DNA of 64,000 nucleotides from Chiloscyllium plagiosum (GCF_004010195.1 NC_057718.1:12256924-12320923); one strand, 5' to 3'; shown: positions 41,103 through 52,820, counted from the stretch's first letter. Notes: generated by a model not told the origin, from the letters alone. Numbers and translations are program-made.

Positions 41103-41374
41103 TACATAAGAGAAGTGTGAGGTAGGATGTCAGAATAGTGAGGGGAGGGCAGGTGGGTGATAAATCACAGCAGAGCAGGGTCTGACTGCAGGACACATCT
41201 GCAGTTGGACCAAGCACCGGGAACACGGTGATGTGGGAGAAAAAGAGACAGAGATAGAGACATTGGGTCTGATGACAGAAGGAGGAGTTCAACCATGGAG
41301 TGAGAGTTTGGGGTGGGGGGGGGAGGAGGGTGAAGCAGGTAGGTGTTTGACACAGAGAGCGTGTTATGTTACAG

Positions 41375-41790
41375 TCATAGAGTCAACAAGTTGTACACCG
41401 CAGAAACAGACCGTTTGGTCCAACTTGTCCATGCTGATCAGATATCCTAACTTAATCCCATCCCATTTGCCAACACTTGGCCCATATCTCTCTAACCCAG
41501 TCCTATTCATAAACCCATCCAGATGCCTTTTAAACGTTGTAATTGTACCAGCATCCACCCCTTCCTTTGGCAGCTCATTCCATACAAGTATCACCCTCTG
41601 TGTGAAAAAGTTGCCCCTTAGGTCCCTTTTATATCTTTCCCCTCTCACCCTAAACCTATGCGCTCTAGTTCTGGACTTCCCCACCCCAGGGAAAAGACCT
41701 TGTCTATTTACCCTATCCTTGGCTCTCGTGATTTTATAAACCTCTAAAAGGTCACCCCTGAATCTCCAACACTCCAGGGAAAACAGCTCT
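41375..41790 (-). mobile_element. CR1/HER1 LINE 3' end
   Basis: ORF 41364-41840: RFRGDLLEVYKI...FFTQRVILVWNELP. Confidence 0.9.
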
Positions 41791-42211
41791 GGAAGGTGTT
41801 GAGAGTCTGAGGTAGGTATAGTTGTGAGTGTGCAAGGCAAGTTTGGATTTAGTTTAATAGCTTTTTTTCACCCCCCAACCAACCTGTTCAGAGATGTTGT
41901 TACACACCGCTGGAGCAGGTGAGACTTGAACTCCAGCCTCCCAGTCCAGGGTCAGGGACACTGCCACTGCACAAGACAGCCTTTTTCAGTTTGATATTTA
42001 ATGGTTAAGTCTAAACATTTAATAGCTTTTCCCACATGACCCCTCTGGGTTCTCCAATTTAAATGGGTAATAGGTGGAGAGGAATTTTCAAACAGAATCA
42101 TCAACTTCCTCATCAATTCCTTCAGGGTCTTCTACACCAAGGAGTCTATAGGGTCCAATTACACAATTCCCACCTTCATTTCAGAAAGGATTATCAGAAA
42201 GTCTGGGCCAA

Positions 42212-42549
42212 ACTTAAAAATCACACAACACCAGGTTATAGTCCAACAGGTTTACTTGGAAGCACTAGCTTTCAGAGTGCTGCTCCTTCATCATACAAAA
42301 AAAACAAAACCTACATGGTCACTCTAAAGATGAGAGACTTAACAAACAATATTTTCCAACACATAATTTCAGTTGAATCACACTGTAAACTTTTGCCAGA
42401 AATTCTATGTCCTACGATCTTATTCTCCACAACCACCTGATGAAGGAGCAGTGCTCTGAAAGCTAGTGCTTCCAATTAAACCTGTTGGACTATAACCTGG
42501 TGTTGTGTGATTTTTAATTTTATCCACCCCAGTCCAACTCCAAATCATG
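42212..42549. mobile_element. Penelope-like inverted terminus (family A) with hammerhead motif
   Basis: CAC-CTGATGA-AGGAGCAGTGCTCT-GAAA-GCTA-GTG at 42434-42468. Confidence 0.75.
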
Positions 42550-42699
42550 GGCCAATGTTAAGTCATGAATTGAATTATTATTATTATTATTATTATTAAT
42601 AATAATATTTCCCCAGGAACGGTGATGGTTTAACTTTCCGAATAATAATATCACCAGAACTGGGAAGTGGAGATGAACCAGGTCCTTCATGTTTGGAAC

Positions 42700-43140
42700 A
42701 GTTTGAGAAAAGGCCTCACTGCGCGCGTCACTACCAGGTGGCTGTACTGAGTGAGAAACACAACATCAACCGACCCCTTTGCTCTGAGCGGGCGGTTACT
42801 GCACTTGAACGGTCAGCCCGGAGATCGGATAAAACCCAGGCCGGCGATCGTTCATCTCCCCTTCCCGCATGCGGGGAGGGGAAACAAAACCACACCGGTC
42901 CGGGCGCCTTAGCCCTACAACCCCATCTACCTACCTTGCCGGACTGAGCTCCCGGAGTTGCCGGATTACTGTCGCACAGGCGGCTCGACGACACCGCGGC
43001 GGCCATTTTAACTGTGCAGCGCTGCGCTGCCACCAGGCAGGTAGGCCGACCATTAGCCTTCCCGCGGCGAAGCGCCCCGGCGTCCGGCTCAACGCCGGGA
43101 TACTCACGGTCGGCCAATCAGAAGCTTCCCCACCCTGAGA
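42700..43140 (-). promoter_or_regulatory. CpG island / PHF10 promoter with CCAAT box (GGCCAATCA, 43112-43120)
   Basis: Most CpG-dense unique stretch in the window; surrounds exon 1. Confidence 0.8.
42935..43006 (-). CDS. PHF10: PHF10 coding exon 1 (MAAAVSSSRLCDSNPATPGAQSGK)
   Basis: ATG at 43006 in a CpG island; matches the vertebrate PHF10 N-terminus (CDSDPATPGAQSPK); donor AAG|GTAG; 72 nt, phase 0. Confidence 0.93.
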
Positions 43141-43315
43141 TCTGCATGCAGCCTTCTGCAGACAGGTGCCCTCTCCATCTGAGCCCTGGGAGAAATCTCA
43201 TTAGACTTGGGACAGAAAAGGAGTCGAACCCATTGCAAACTTTATTTTCAGTTGTGAGGTGTCTGGAGGTAGCATTAATCCCAAACATGAGCATCAATCT
43301 ATCACACAGTATGTA

Positions 43316-43822
43316 CAAAGTTAAAAATCACCCAACACCAGTTTGCAGAGTTACATTGTACTTTGCTCAAAAAACTGCATTAATTCATGTAAGACTCTGT
43401 TAATTCATTTTTTAGATTAAAATCAGTCTAAACATTATGGCACAGACAACAGCACACAGGGGGCTAACACATCTGGCTGACACCAATTGTTAAAGTTAAC
43501 CTGAGAATGTAACTTTTTAAAAAAGTTTTGTGATTTACATATGAAAGAAGTGAAACTAGCATGGTCATTCTCACAGATGAGAGACTTAATCAAGGGACTT
43601 TTCAATGTATAATTTCAGTTACACTGTTACACTGTAACAATTTCACTGTAAACTTTTTCTATAAATTCTGTGTCTTACAATTGTGTACTCCACAATCACG
43701 TGATGAAGGAGCAGCACTCCGAAAGCTAGTGCTTCCAATTAAACCTGTTGGACTATAACCTGGTGTTGTGTGATTTTTAACTTTGTACACCCCCAGTCCA
43801 ACACCGGCATCTCCAAATCATG
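43316..43822 (+). mobile_element. Penelope-like 3' fragment (family A) just upstream of the PHF10 promoter
   Basis: Shares sequence with 42310-42549; 12-bp direct flank ACACAGTATGTA. Confidence 0.75.
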
Positions 43823-45176
43823 ACACAGTATGTAATGCAGCAATGTATCAACCATCATTCCAAAACCACAACCTCGAACATGTAGAAGGGCAAAAGAAAG
43901 ATAAAAGAATGGATGCCAATTTTAAAAAGTGCACATTTAAAATTACAAAGGAAAAGCAGATCTCCCTTGGCCAATATGGAATTAATCACCTATTTTTAAT
44001 TGCTCTTGAGGAAACAGAGAGGCTTTTGAGAATACCTCACACGGGGCAGGTTTGAGGTACCAAGTGGTCGATTACTGTTGTTGTGTTTCAGTGCTGATTA
44101 AGTCAGTAGAACTTCTTTGAGGTCGGCATGCCTAGAAGTGAATTAAATACTGAATAAAAACGGAAAGCTTTGCAGATCTGTAAGTCAGAAAGGCAAACAT
44201 AAATTGCTGGAAAGACTGAACAGGTCTGGCAGCATCTGTGGAAAGAAAGCAGAGTCAACGTTTCAGGTCCGGTGACCCAGTTCCTTAACTCACATTTCTC
44301 TCCACAGATGTTGCCAGACCTGCTGAACTTTTCCAACAATTTCTGTTTTTCTTTATGATTGAGTCAGTCTTCTATGGCATGGGAATCCATTCTGTATGTA
44401 TCTTTTTCTCAAATGTATTCCCTCGTACTTGTACAGCCAGCAAATGGTAAGTTCTCCTGTCTACCTTATCCAAACATTTTATAATCTTGTAAAATTCCAT
44501 CAAGTCTCCCACAATTGCCTGCTCAAAGAAAACCCCATGTTCTGCCACACTACCTTGTAGCAAAAATCCCTGGAAAATAGTAAATCTTTTCTGCACATTC
44601 TCAATGATCCTCAGATCTTTCCTAATGGGTGATGACCAGAACTATGGCAATACTTTGGTTCTGGCCCAAACAAAGCTTTATATAGGTTTAGCATAATTTC
44701 CCTGTTTTTATATATTATTGCCTTTATGATGCCCAAGATTGGTTTGCAAAATATTCTCAATATGTCCTGCCACCTTCAAATATCTGTGCACACGAAGCAC
44801 TACATTTTTGTTCTTGTGCACTCCATGAGACTGCCTTTCTGCCAAAGTGCAAGCATTTGGAAGTGAACAACAGGATATGAACTTGCAAGAGGTGGCACCT
44901 GCTACCTTTGTTCTTCCAGGTAATAGAGACAATGCCTTTGGAAGGCAATGCAGTCCAAATTGCACATTATATTGACTGCTGCCACTGTACAATATTGGTG
45001 GAGGTATTGAATATTTAAGATAGTGGATGGGATACCAAGTAATCAGGCTGCTTTATGCTAAATGATATCAAGCTTGAGGATTATCATCCAGGCAAGTGAG
45101 AACAATTCCATCACATTACTGACTTGTACCTTATTGATGGTGAGCAAGCCTTTTGGGGAGTTAGGTGAGTTGCCTG

Positions 45177-45869
45177 TGTTGTGGAGAAAATGTAGAGAAT
45201 CACCAGGAGACACAGAGAGTTCTTCAAGAAGTAAGTCTTTTATTTGCAAACAAAAAACCATGACACTGAGAAAGCAGATTCTTGAATGCCCCTGAACCTC
45301 AGGGTCCATGGTTTTTAAATTTTTTTAATCATGTTTCTGTTAGCTTATCAGCGTGTCCAACTAAATTAATCAAAGTACCTCACTCTAACTACACAATAAA
45401 CCAGTGATGTTAGTTCCCATTATCTCTTTAGTTATGCCTCTATAGATTTTCCTACTACTTCATGTTATTCTAATGTCACTGTTAGATATTTAGTGTCAGC
45501 CTTTGCAACAATGGTCTTTCATTCCAGACCCTACTTAATATTTTCCTGATGTCATGATTAGATATTTATTGTCAATAGTCTCAAGCAGGCTGACTTTACT
45601 AACTATAATTAAATATTAAATGACATGTCCTAAATATTTCTGGTTCCAATCTTGTCATAATGATACTCAACATGTGAGGCTAACTTTACTAACTGTATTA
45701 TCTCATCTTGCCATAGTGACTTTTCAGCCTCAACCTTACTCTGCTAATTGGTGTAAGAGCATTCCACTATTCTTATCCCATCCTGCATTCCACAGACCTC
45801 TTGCAATAGATTGGCAGTGGACTCCAAGTTTTAACCCTTCCCATGCTTTCATTCTCTTTATTTTCCATA
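45177..45869 (-). repeat. ERV 3' LTR (693 bp)
   Basis: Direct repeat of 52207-52820; preceded on the minus strand by PPT AAAGGGGAGAA (45870-45880). Confidence 0.93.
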
Positions 45870-46101
45870 TTCTCCCCTTTGAGACCTACTGGTCTCACCT
45901 TGAGAAAGAAGACAATAAGCTCAGACCCCCTGGTGCCCAAGACAAACAATGTAGGTCCCAACACGAACTAAATAATTTTTGGAATCTGAGACTTAAAGAG
46001 TTCTTCCTCCATTCCTGGGGTCCCTTGAGCCATAAACCTGTCCTCCAATAACCAGAACAGGAAAAAAGACCCAAAATCCCTCACAATCTAGGACCTGCAT
46101 G

Positions 46102-47640
46102 TTATTCAGAAGTATCATCGACATCCCCACGTGGACATATTCCTTGCACTGTGGCGGTTGTTAGATCATAATAGTAGAGCCGTGGGGCTCCGTCAGAGGA
46201 GGAAGCACTTCCAGGAGTAGCTGAAATGATCACGAGTTGCCATGTGGTGGCGCAAACTAAAAAAGAATTAATAAAAGGGAAAGCACAACAAAAGACGAAG
46301 GCGACAACAAGTAAAACTGCACCTATAAAAGACCAATCTTGACAAGCCATGCTCCCCAAGACTCTAATATATTATTCAACCAATCAAAAGCCTGATGATC
46401 AAACCACGCATTGTCTTTTAGCTCCCGTCTTAGATTCTTTAGTTTTTCCATTGCTGTAGTAAAAGATCCCCCAGGGCTAGTATTGTTAGGTATAAAGGTA
46501 CAGCAATGTTCCCCAAACATCGCACAAAGCCAGCCGTTTTCTGCCAGTATCCAATCTAAGGCCTGTCTGTTTTGCCATGTCATTTTGGTAGTAGCATCCA
46601 ATTGTTCTCCCAAGGGCATCATCAGTATAATTGATAAATCTCTGCTGGTTGTAATAAATGTAATTAATCCATTCAACATTCTTGCTAACCCCTATCACTG
46701 GGAGAGAGCTTCCCAGCCCGCGGCAATCTCATTGCGGGCCTTAAACTCATTAGGAATATCTCTTGGCTGTCCTATGCTATCAATCCGAATTGTTGGATCA
46801 GGGACATACCGCTGCTTAATTTGGCGCAAATCTGACTGTGACGTATGTGTGGTTATATAACTACCTCGTGTAGGAGCATTACACGGGCACAGCTGCCACT
46901 CCAGTGTAACCCTCCTTTCTTACCACACAGCCATCAAGTATCCGCCTGTGGGACGTGTTGAGAATTTAAGATAGCCCCAAATGTACTGTCCACTCGAGTT
47001 CAATCGTATTCCCGAAAAGACCCTTAAAATAGCCGACTGGTGTAGAACCATTTTGCTTAACGCATTCAAAACTCAACCCTTCCTTATTCTAAAAGCAGCC
47101 ACGGGGAATGTGTCATTAGTCTTACTGGTGGACCACGGGGTACTGTAGCCACACTACCATTGGAGTTGCTGCCTGCCCACGTCATCCTGCTGATAGAACG
47201 TAGAGGCCTGAAGTAGGAGGCACCAAAAGGCGCAATGGGATTGCCTGTAAGTTGATGAATCATCCAGGTTAAGAGGTCGGCAAGAGTACAGGTGGTCGAG
47301 GGATAGGGCATAGAGACAACATAGTATGAGGGGGTCGCCTTAGTACACAAGAAACAGTCCTGTCTAGCCATCATTACGGCCGTGTAGTTTGCCCATTGAT
47401 ACCAGTGATTGTCACGGGCGCGTACCCATCTAAGGGCAGCCTGAGTGACCCTGGCATTACCAGTCCAGGTCTGCCAAATTAATAGTCTCCAAGTCTGAGT
47501 ATGCTGGCCTGGGATCAGAGAGGGGGGTATCAGGGGTGGCCCCCATGTCTGCCCCATCCTCACTGCCAGGAGAAGAGCTATGCACCACATCTCCATCACT
47601 GTCATTTCTGGAATGATCAGCATCCCCAAGAACTTCACCC
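46102..47640 (-). pseudogene. env: ERV env remnant (gamma-type: CFLC, ISU-like QNRQALDWILAENGWLC, CX6CC, TM)
   Basis: ORFs 47084-47638, 46486-46698, 46323-46679 and 46102-46359 in shifting frames. Confidence 0.9.
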
Positions 47641-47659
47641 TGTACCTGTACCTTGCTGA

Positions 47660-50600
47660 GGGGCACTAGCCTCCTGTGTGCCCTGCCCCGTGTCCAAGTT
47701 CCTCAGCCTCAGCTTCACTTACTTCTGAGTTAGCTTGTGCCGGTGGGAGAGCTTTAGTACATTGATTAAGCTGGTACCATATGTGTCGTCCTTCCACTTG
47801 GATAGCAGTAGGTGATGCCTTAGTCACTACGAAAGGTCCCTATCTCTTTGGCTCGTTCCAGCGTCATCAAAAAACCCGCACATACACCCTGTTCCCGGGC
47901 TTAATAGGTCCTTCCTCATTGACCGATGTTGGCTCCCTTTGTGTTTCCTGCAGGTGGATAGTCTCCTGTATCATAGTTAGCTGCTGCATGCATTGCTTAA
48001 GTTCTAAGCCCTTCATAGGGGCCTCTCCACTTGGGCACTAACATAGGTCTACCTGTAAGCATCTCATGTGGTGTTAAATTGGCCATGCAATTAGTCTGCA
48101 TGCGATAACCCATCAGCGCCAGCAGCAGCGCATCGACTCAATTAAGGTTGGTGCTTGCACAGATCTTGTTTAATTTCACTTTCAATGTCCCATTAATTCT
48201 TTCCAGCATACCCTGTGACTGGGGATGATACACTATCCAAACCTCTCTTTGATTCTCAAAGACTGCAGCACCAACTTAACTACTTTCTGAATGAAGGCAG
48301 ACCCATTGTCTGAACTGATTTCCGACGGTATACCAAACCTTGGGATAACTTCATTTGTCAGAAATAACACTATTGTTCCAGCTCCTGCATCTTTGGAAGG
48401 GACAGCTTCTACCCATCGGCTAAACCTAACAATCACATGTACTTTTTCCCTCTCACCTTTTTTATCATGCCCACGTAGTCAATTACTAAATGCTTAAATG
48501 GCCCTTCAGGCACTGGTATGTGTCCTATAGGGGTTGTTATCCCCTTCCTAATATTGTACTGTGTGCACACCTCACATTGTGATAATAAATAGTCCACTGA
48601 AGCCTGCAGGTATGGTGACCAGAAACCATCCCGCTTTATCTTCCTCAGCACTTCCCCTCGCACACAGTGATCCAATCAGTGCACCTCTGAAATAAGAATA
48701 TGTCAACATATACCTTCTTGATTCTACCTAGCACCCCTCTGTGTTTGCTCAGCCAGAGTATTCCTCCCCTGTATTTCAATGAGGTCCTCTATCGTCGGTT
48801 CTGGATCTATCCGCACCTGAGGCGCAATAACAGATGAAGAACAACTTTTATCACCATATCACTGCCTTTTCTGTGTGCTTGGCAGTTAATGATAGCTAGT
48901 GCCTTTGCCTTCATCATTGCAGTTGTCCACTCTACAATCCAGGGAACAGGAGAATCGACATTTCGGGCATAAGCCCTTCTTCAGGAGGGCTTATGCCCGA
49001 AACGTCGATTCTCCTGTTCCCTGGATGCTGCCTGACCTGCGCTTTTCCAGCAACACATTTTCAGCTCTGATCTCCAGCATCTGCAGACCTCACTTTCTCC
49101 TCAACTCTACAATCTGCTGGCAGTGTTGTATGGGATCCCCATAACTCTTCTTAAAGCCTCTTCACTTCCACACTGCCTCAAACAGCTGGCATACCCCATA
49201 TGCATAAGCCAAATCAGTATAAATGTCAGCTTTTTTCCATTACTTCACAGGCCGCCATCTTAAGTTCAGCCAATTGAGCTGAACACGACTGTGGGCAAGT
49301 TTCCAATTTAATTGTCCTATACTGGGACTGGTCCTGCCATGCAACTGAGTACCCTGCATGATTCCTGTCATAATCCCTATAGCTAGAACCGTCCACAAAT
49401 AGAACCTCCTTATCTACATCAGACAGTGGCTTGGACTGTAAATCAGCCCCCAGTTTGGCAAATGCAATCACTTCCCTTATACAGTAATGGGGCTCTCCCT
49501 CATACTCAAGTGGGACATAGTTCGCTATGTTCCTTTTGGTGCAACTCGGTATTGTTACGTCAGGAAATGTCAGCAGCATCCGGTATGCTAGTATTCTAGC
49601 TGGCGTCAGTACAAATTTCCCTTTCTCCAATAATTCTGCCACCTTATGATGAGTATATAGGATGATGGAGTAACCCACTGTTACTGAGGATGCTTTTTCA
49701 TATGCAAAATAGGCAGCCGGCAATCCCTCATAGCATGGTGGATATCCCTGAGCTACTTCATCTCGTCGGGTGCTATAGTAAGCAATTGGCTGCAAGGTTC
49801 TCCCTACACTCACCTCCTGCATTAGTACTGCAGCTGTGTATCCTGTTTGACACATAAAGGTGAAAAGGTTCGTTATAATCAGGCAAGGCCAATAGTGAGG
49901 CTGACAGCAAGGCTCTTTTAAGGGTATTGAAAGCTGTCATAGCCTCTTCATTCCTGCAAACCACCTCTTAAACATGAATGTCCGACATCCCTTCATCATC
50001 TTCCTTAAGGGTGCCTTAATCCCAACATACTCCTCAATCCAATCTGCGCTAAATCCTGTCATGCCCAAAAATGTCATCATTTGCCCTACTGTCTCTGGCC
50101 TAGGAATTTTAACATTTGCTTCGATCTGACTTGGTGCAATTGCCTTCATGCCCTTAGCAACCAGCCTACCCAAATACTCAACGTGCTGTTTGCGAAATTG
50201 CAGCTTTTTCCTAGAGACCTTATGTTTCCCCCCCTCACCCCACCCACTCCCCCATCCTCCGTCCGCCAGCTTTTCAAGAGGAAAAGGGTATCTCGTTCAC
50301 ACTGTTTCTGACTATCTCAACAGACAAGCAAATCATCAACATTCTGTATCAGCGTACTTTCTAAAGACAGACCCTCCAGTTGTGATTTTAACACCTGGTT
50401 GAATACATGCAGTGAATGCTTAAACTCCTGGGGCATTCTTGTATATGTGTATTGCTGACCTTTGTATGTAAAAGCAAACAGACACTGGCAGTGGTCTGCT
50501 CGGGGAATTCTAAAAAATGCAGAACATAAATCTACCACCGAGAGCCAAGCTGCCTGTGTGGGCACATGACTTAGCTGTATGTGCAGGTTAGGAACAACTG

Positions 50601-51850
50601 CTGGCCAATCCTCCAATACCTCATTTACTGCTGTTAAATCATGTACAAGCCTCCATTTTGACCCGTCCGCCTTTAAGACTGGTAACATAGGAGTGTTGCA
50701 GGGACTACAAGTTTCTTTAAGTCCCCGGCCTCAGCAATCCTTGTATTGTTGCTGCTATTCCCTCTACTGCCTCTGGTTTTAAAGGATACTGCGGTCTCCT
50801 AGGCAAAATAGATCCTGTTTTCAACCTTATTTCAACTAGGCTAGTTGATTTCACTCTCCCCTCATCTGTATCATGCTGTGACCACAAAGCGGCTGCTAAT
50901 GTATCCAATTGCTCATTACCATATTGATCATCTTCCTCCACTGTCACTGGCATGCTCCGCTGGGGTATTACATTGACTTTCTTTGGATTCCCTGTCAAGT
51001 TGCAGCATGCTAGGATTTTAATATAGCTGCCATCCCCAGATTCCCAAACCCCTGTCTTAAGCAAATGCCATTCCCTAACTGTTTCTACATGCCTGGCCAT
51101 AGGTCCTAAGTCTTTAGATTGATATCCCTTATTTACCAGTAAGGTTACATGTGGTGAGGCGCCTGGTACACCATTTCACTTTTCAAGGAACGCATTTCTC
51201 TCTATTCTCTCTCCCTGCTCCCCTAATACTATTGCTTCACTTCTCAAGTGTTGTGGAGCAGTGACTTCCTGCTGCCAATGCCTCTCTAACACCTCATCCT
51301 GAGACTCATCAAATATCACTGTACAGTGCAGCTCAGACTAAGGTGGTCTTGCTTTCATCAACATCGTCAACACTTCTGCTTCCCATATCCCCCAAATGCC
51401 TTGAATATCACTTGCTATATCCCCTATCCAATAAACAGTAACATCTTCAACTTCTTGCATCACTAATTGTGTATTGGCCTTTTCTCTGGCCAAACCCTGC
51501 TGTGTGCCTTCCAATCTTACCTCTAACTGTAGTAAAGTATCCCTACCTAACGAGTTAATTGGTGTCTCTTTAGACACTAATATTGGCAGAACTATCTCCC
51601 TACCTTCCATTTCTAATCTTACTGGAGCTGTAAATTGAGTTAACGGTGATTCCCCTGAGAACCCTACAGTTTTAACAAATTTACTTGACATGGGAAGGAG
51701 AAAGGCATACTGCAGGTGTACAGTAACTCCAGTATCTATCATCACCAGTGTCTGCCACCCTTTTATATTAACTTGTATTATTGGTTCTTGATCAGCCTCC
51801 CATGCTACTACAGGGTAGTGCCCCTTCCCACCCAAGTTCTCAGGGCATCC
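47660..51850 (-). pseudogene. pol: ERV pro-pol remnant (protease DTG, 2H phosphoesterase, RT, RNase H, integrase)
   Basis: LVMIDTG; QYPL, WRLVHDL, VDLCSAFF, MPQEF, NVDD; FVDGSS; HHCC remnant, IDY, SDNGSAF; multiple stops and frameshifts. Confidence 0.93.
48940..49103. mobile_element. Penelope-like terminus (family B) inserted in the ERV RNase H region
   Basis: Same arms as 37291-37579; 11-bp direct flank ACTCTACAATC. Confidence 0.8.
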
Positions 51851-52184
51851 CTAGCACATACCATACCGGTTAACAGGTCCTGCTGGGCCTGTAGGCCACT
51901 TACTCACCACTTACCCCACTGTGCAGTTTTCTTGAGCAATTCTCCATGTCTCCTTCAGCCACAATTTACCCCTCACCTTTGGATCTTGGATCGAAGAGAC
52001 CTTCCGATAGGTTCCCGCACCTCCGAGCCCCACCCCAAGCCAACAGAATATAGTCCGAATTCACAGCAAAAATGCTAACCTTTTTTTTGTTGGGTACCCT
52101 TATTCTGTCAGTCTCGGGAGTGCCCCTGGAAGATCGAGAAGCACCCTGTTACTGCTGCCCTCTTTCCAGGTAGGTCTCTGTATG

Positions 52185-52202
52185 ACACTGTTCACAGTGC
52201 CA
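52185..52202 (-). other. ERV primer-binding site, probably tRNA-Ser(CGA)
   Basis: TGGCACTGTGAACAGTGT, 4 nt after the LTR-terminal CA. Confidence 0.65.
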
Positions 52203-52206
52203 AATT

Positions 52207-52820
52207 TGTCATGGAGAAAATGTAGAGAATCACCAGGAGACGCGGAGAGTTCTTCAATATGTGGGTCTTTTATTTGCAAACAAAAAACCATGACAGTGAG
52301 AAAGCAGATTCTCGAATGCGCCCGAACCTCAGGGTCCGTGCTATTTTATATATTTTTTATCAGGTTTCTGTTAGCTTATCAGCATGTCCAACTAAATTAA
52401 TCAAAGTACCTTTCCTACATTCTACTTAACGTTATTCTAATGTCACGGTTAGATATTTAGTGTCAGCTTTTGCAACAATGGTCTTTCATTTCAGACCCTA
52501 CTTAATATTTTCTTAATGTCATGATTAGATATTTATTGTCAATAGTCCCAAGTAGGCTGACTCTACTAACTATTATTTAAATATTAAATGTCATGTCCCA
52601 AATATTTATGGTCCCAATCTTGTCACAATGATACTCAACAGGTGAGGCTAACTTTACTAACTGCGTTATCTCATCTTGCCTCAACCTTACTCTGCTAATT
52701 GGTGTAAGAGCATTCCACTATTCTTATCCCATCCTGCATTTCACAGACCCCTTGCAACAGATCGGCAGTGGACTCCATGCTTTAACACGTCCCATGCTTT
52801 CATGCACTTTATTTTCCAAA
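52207..52820 (-). repeat. ERV 5' LTR (614 bp)
   Basis: Direct repeat of 45177-45869 (about 13 differences in the first ~133 bp by eye, two internal deletions); TATA-like and AATAAA motifs on the minus strand. Confidence 0.93.

Larger units (their letters stand above)
45177..52820 (-). mobile_element. Endogenous retrovirus provirus (fish epsilon/gamma-like class I), decayed, gag largely deleted
   Basis: Two LTRs, PBS, PPT, PR/2H/RT/RNaseH/IN/env remnants; 4-bp flanks CCTG (45173-45176) and CCTA (52821-52824). Confidence 0.95.

Noticed and set aside
43007..43117. N-terminal extension of PHF10 (ORF 42731-43117)
   Set aside because: Starts at a TTG inside the CCAAT box; homology begins at the ATG at 43006
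42693..43403. Plus-strand ORFs over the promoter
   Set aside because: By-products of the GC-rich island with no recognisable protein features
46102..47640. Intact or domesticated env (syncytin-like) gene
   Set aside because: Several frameshifts and stops break SU and TM
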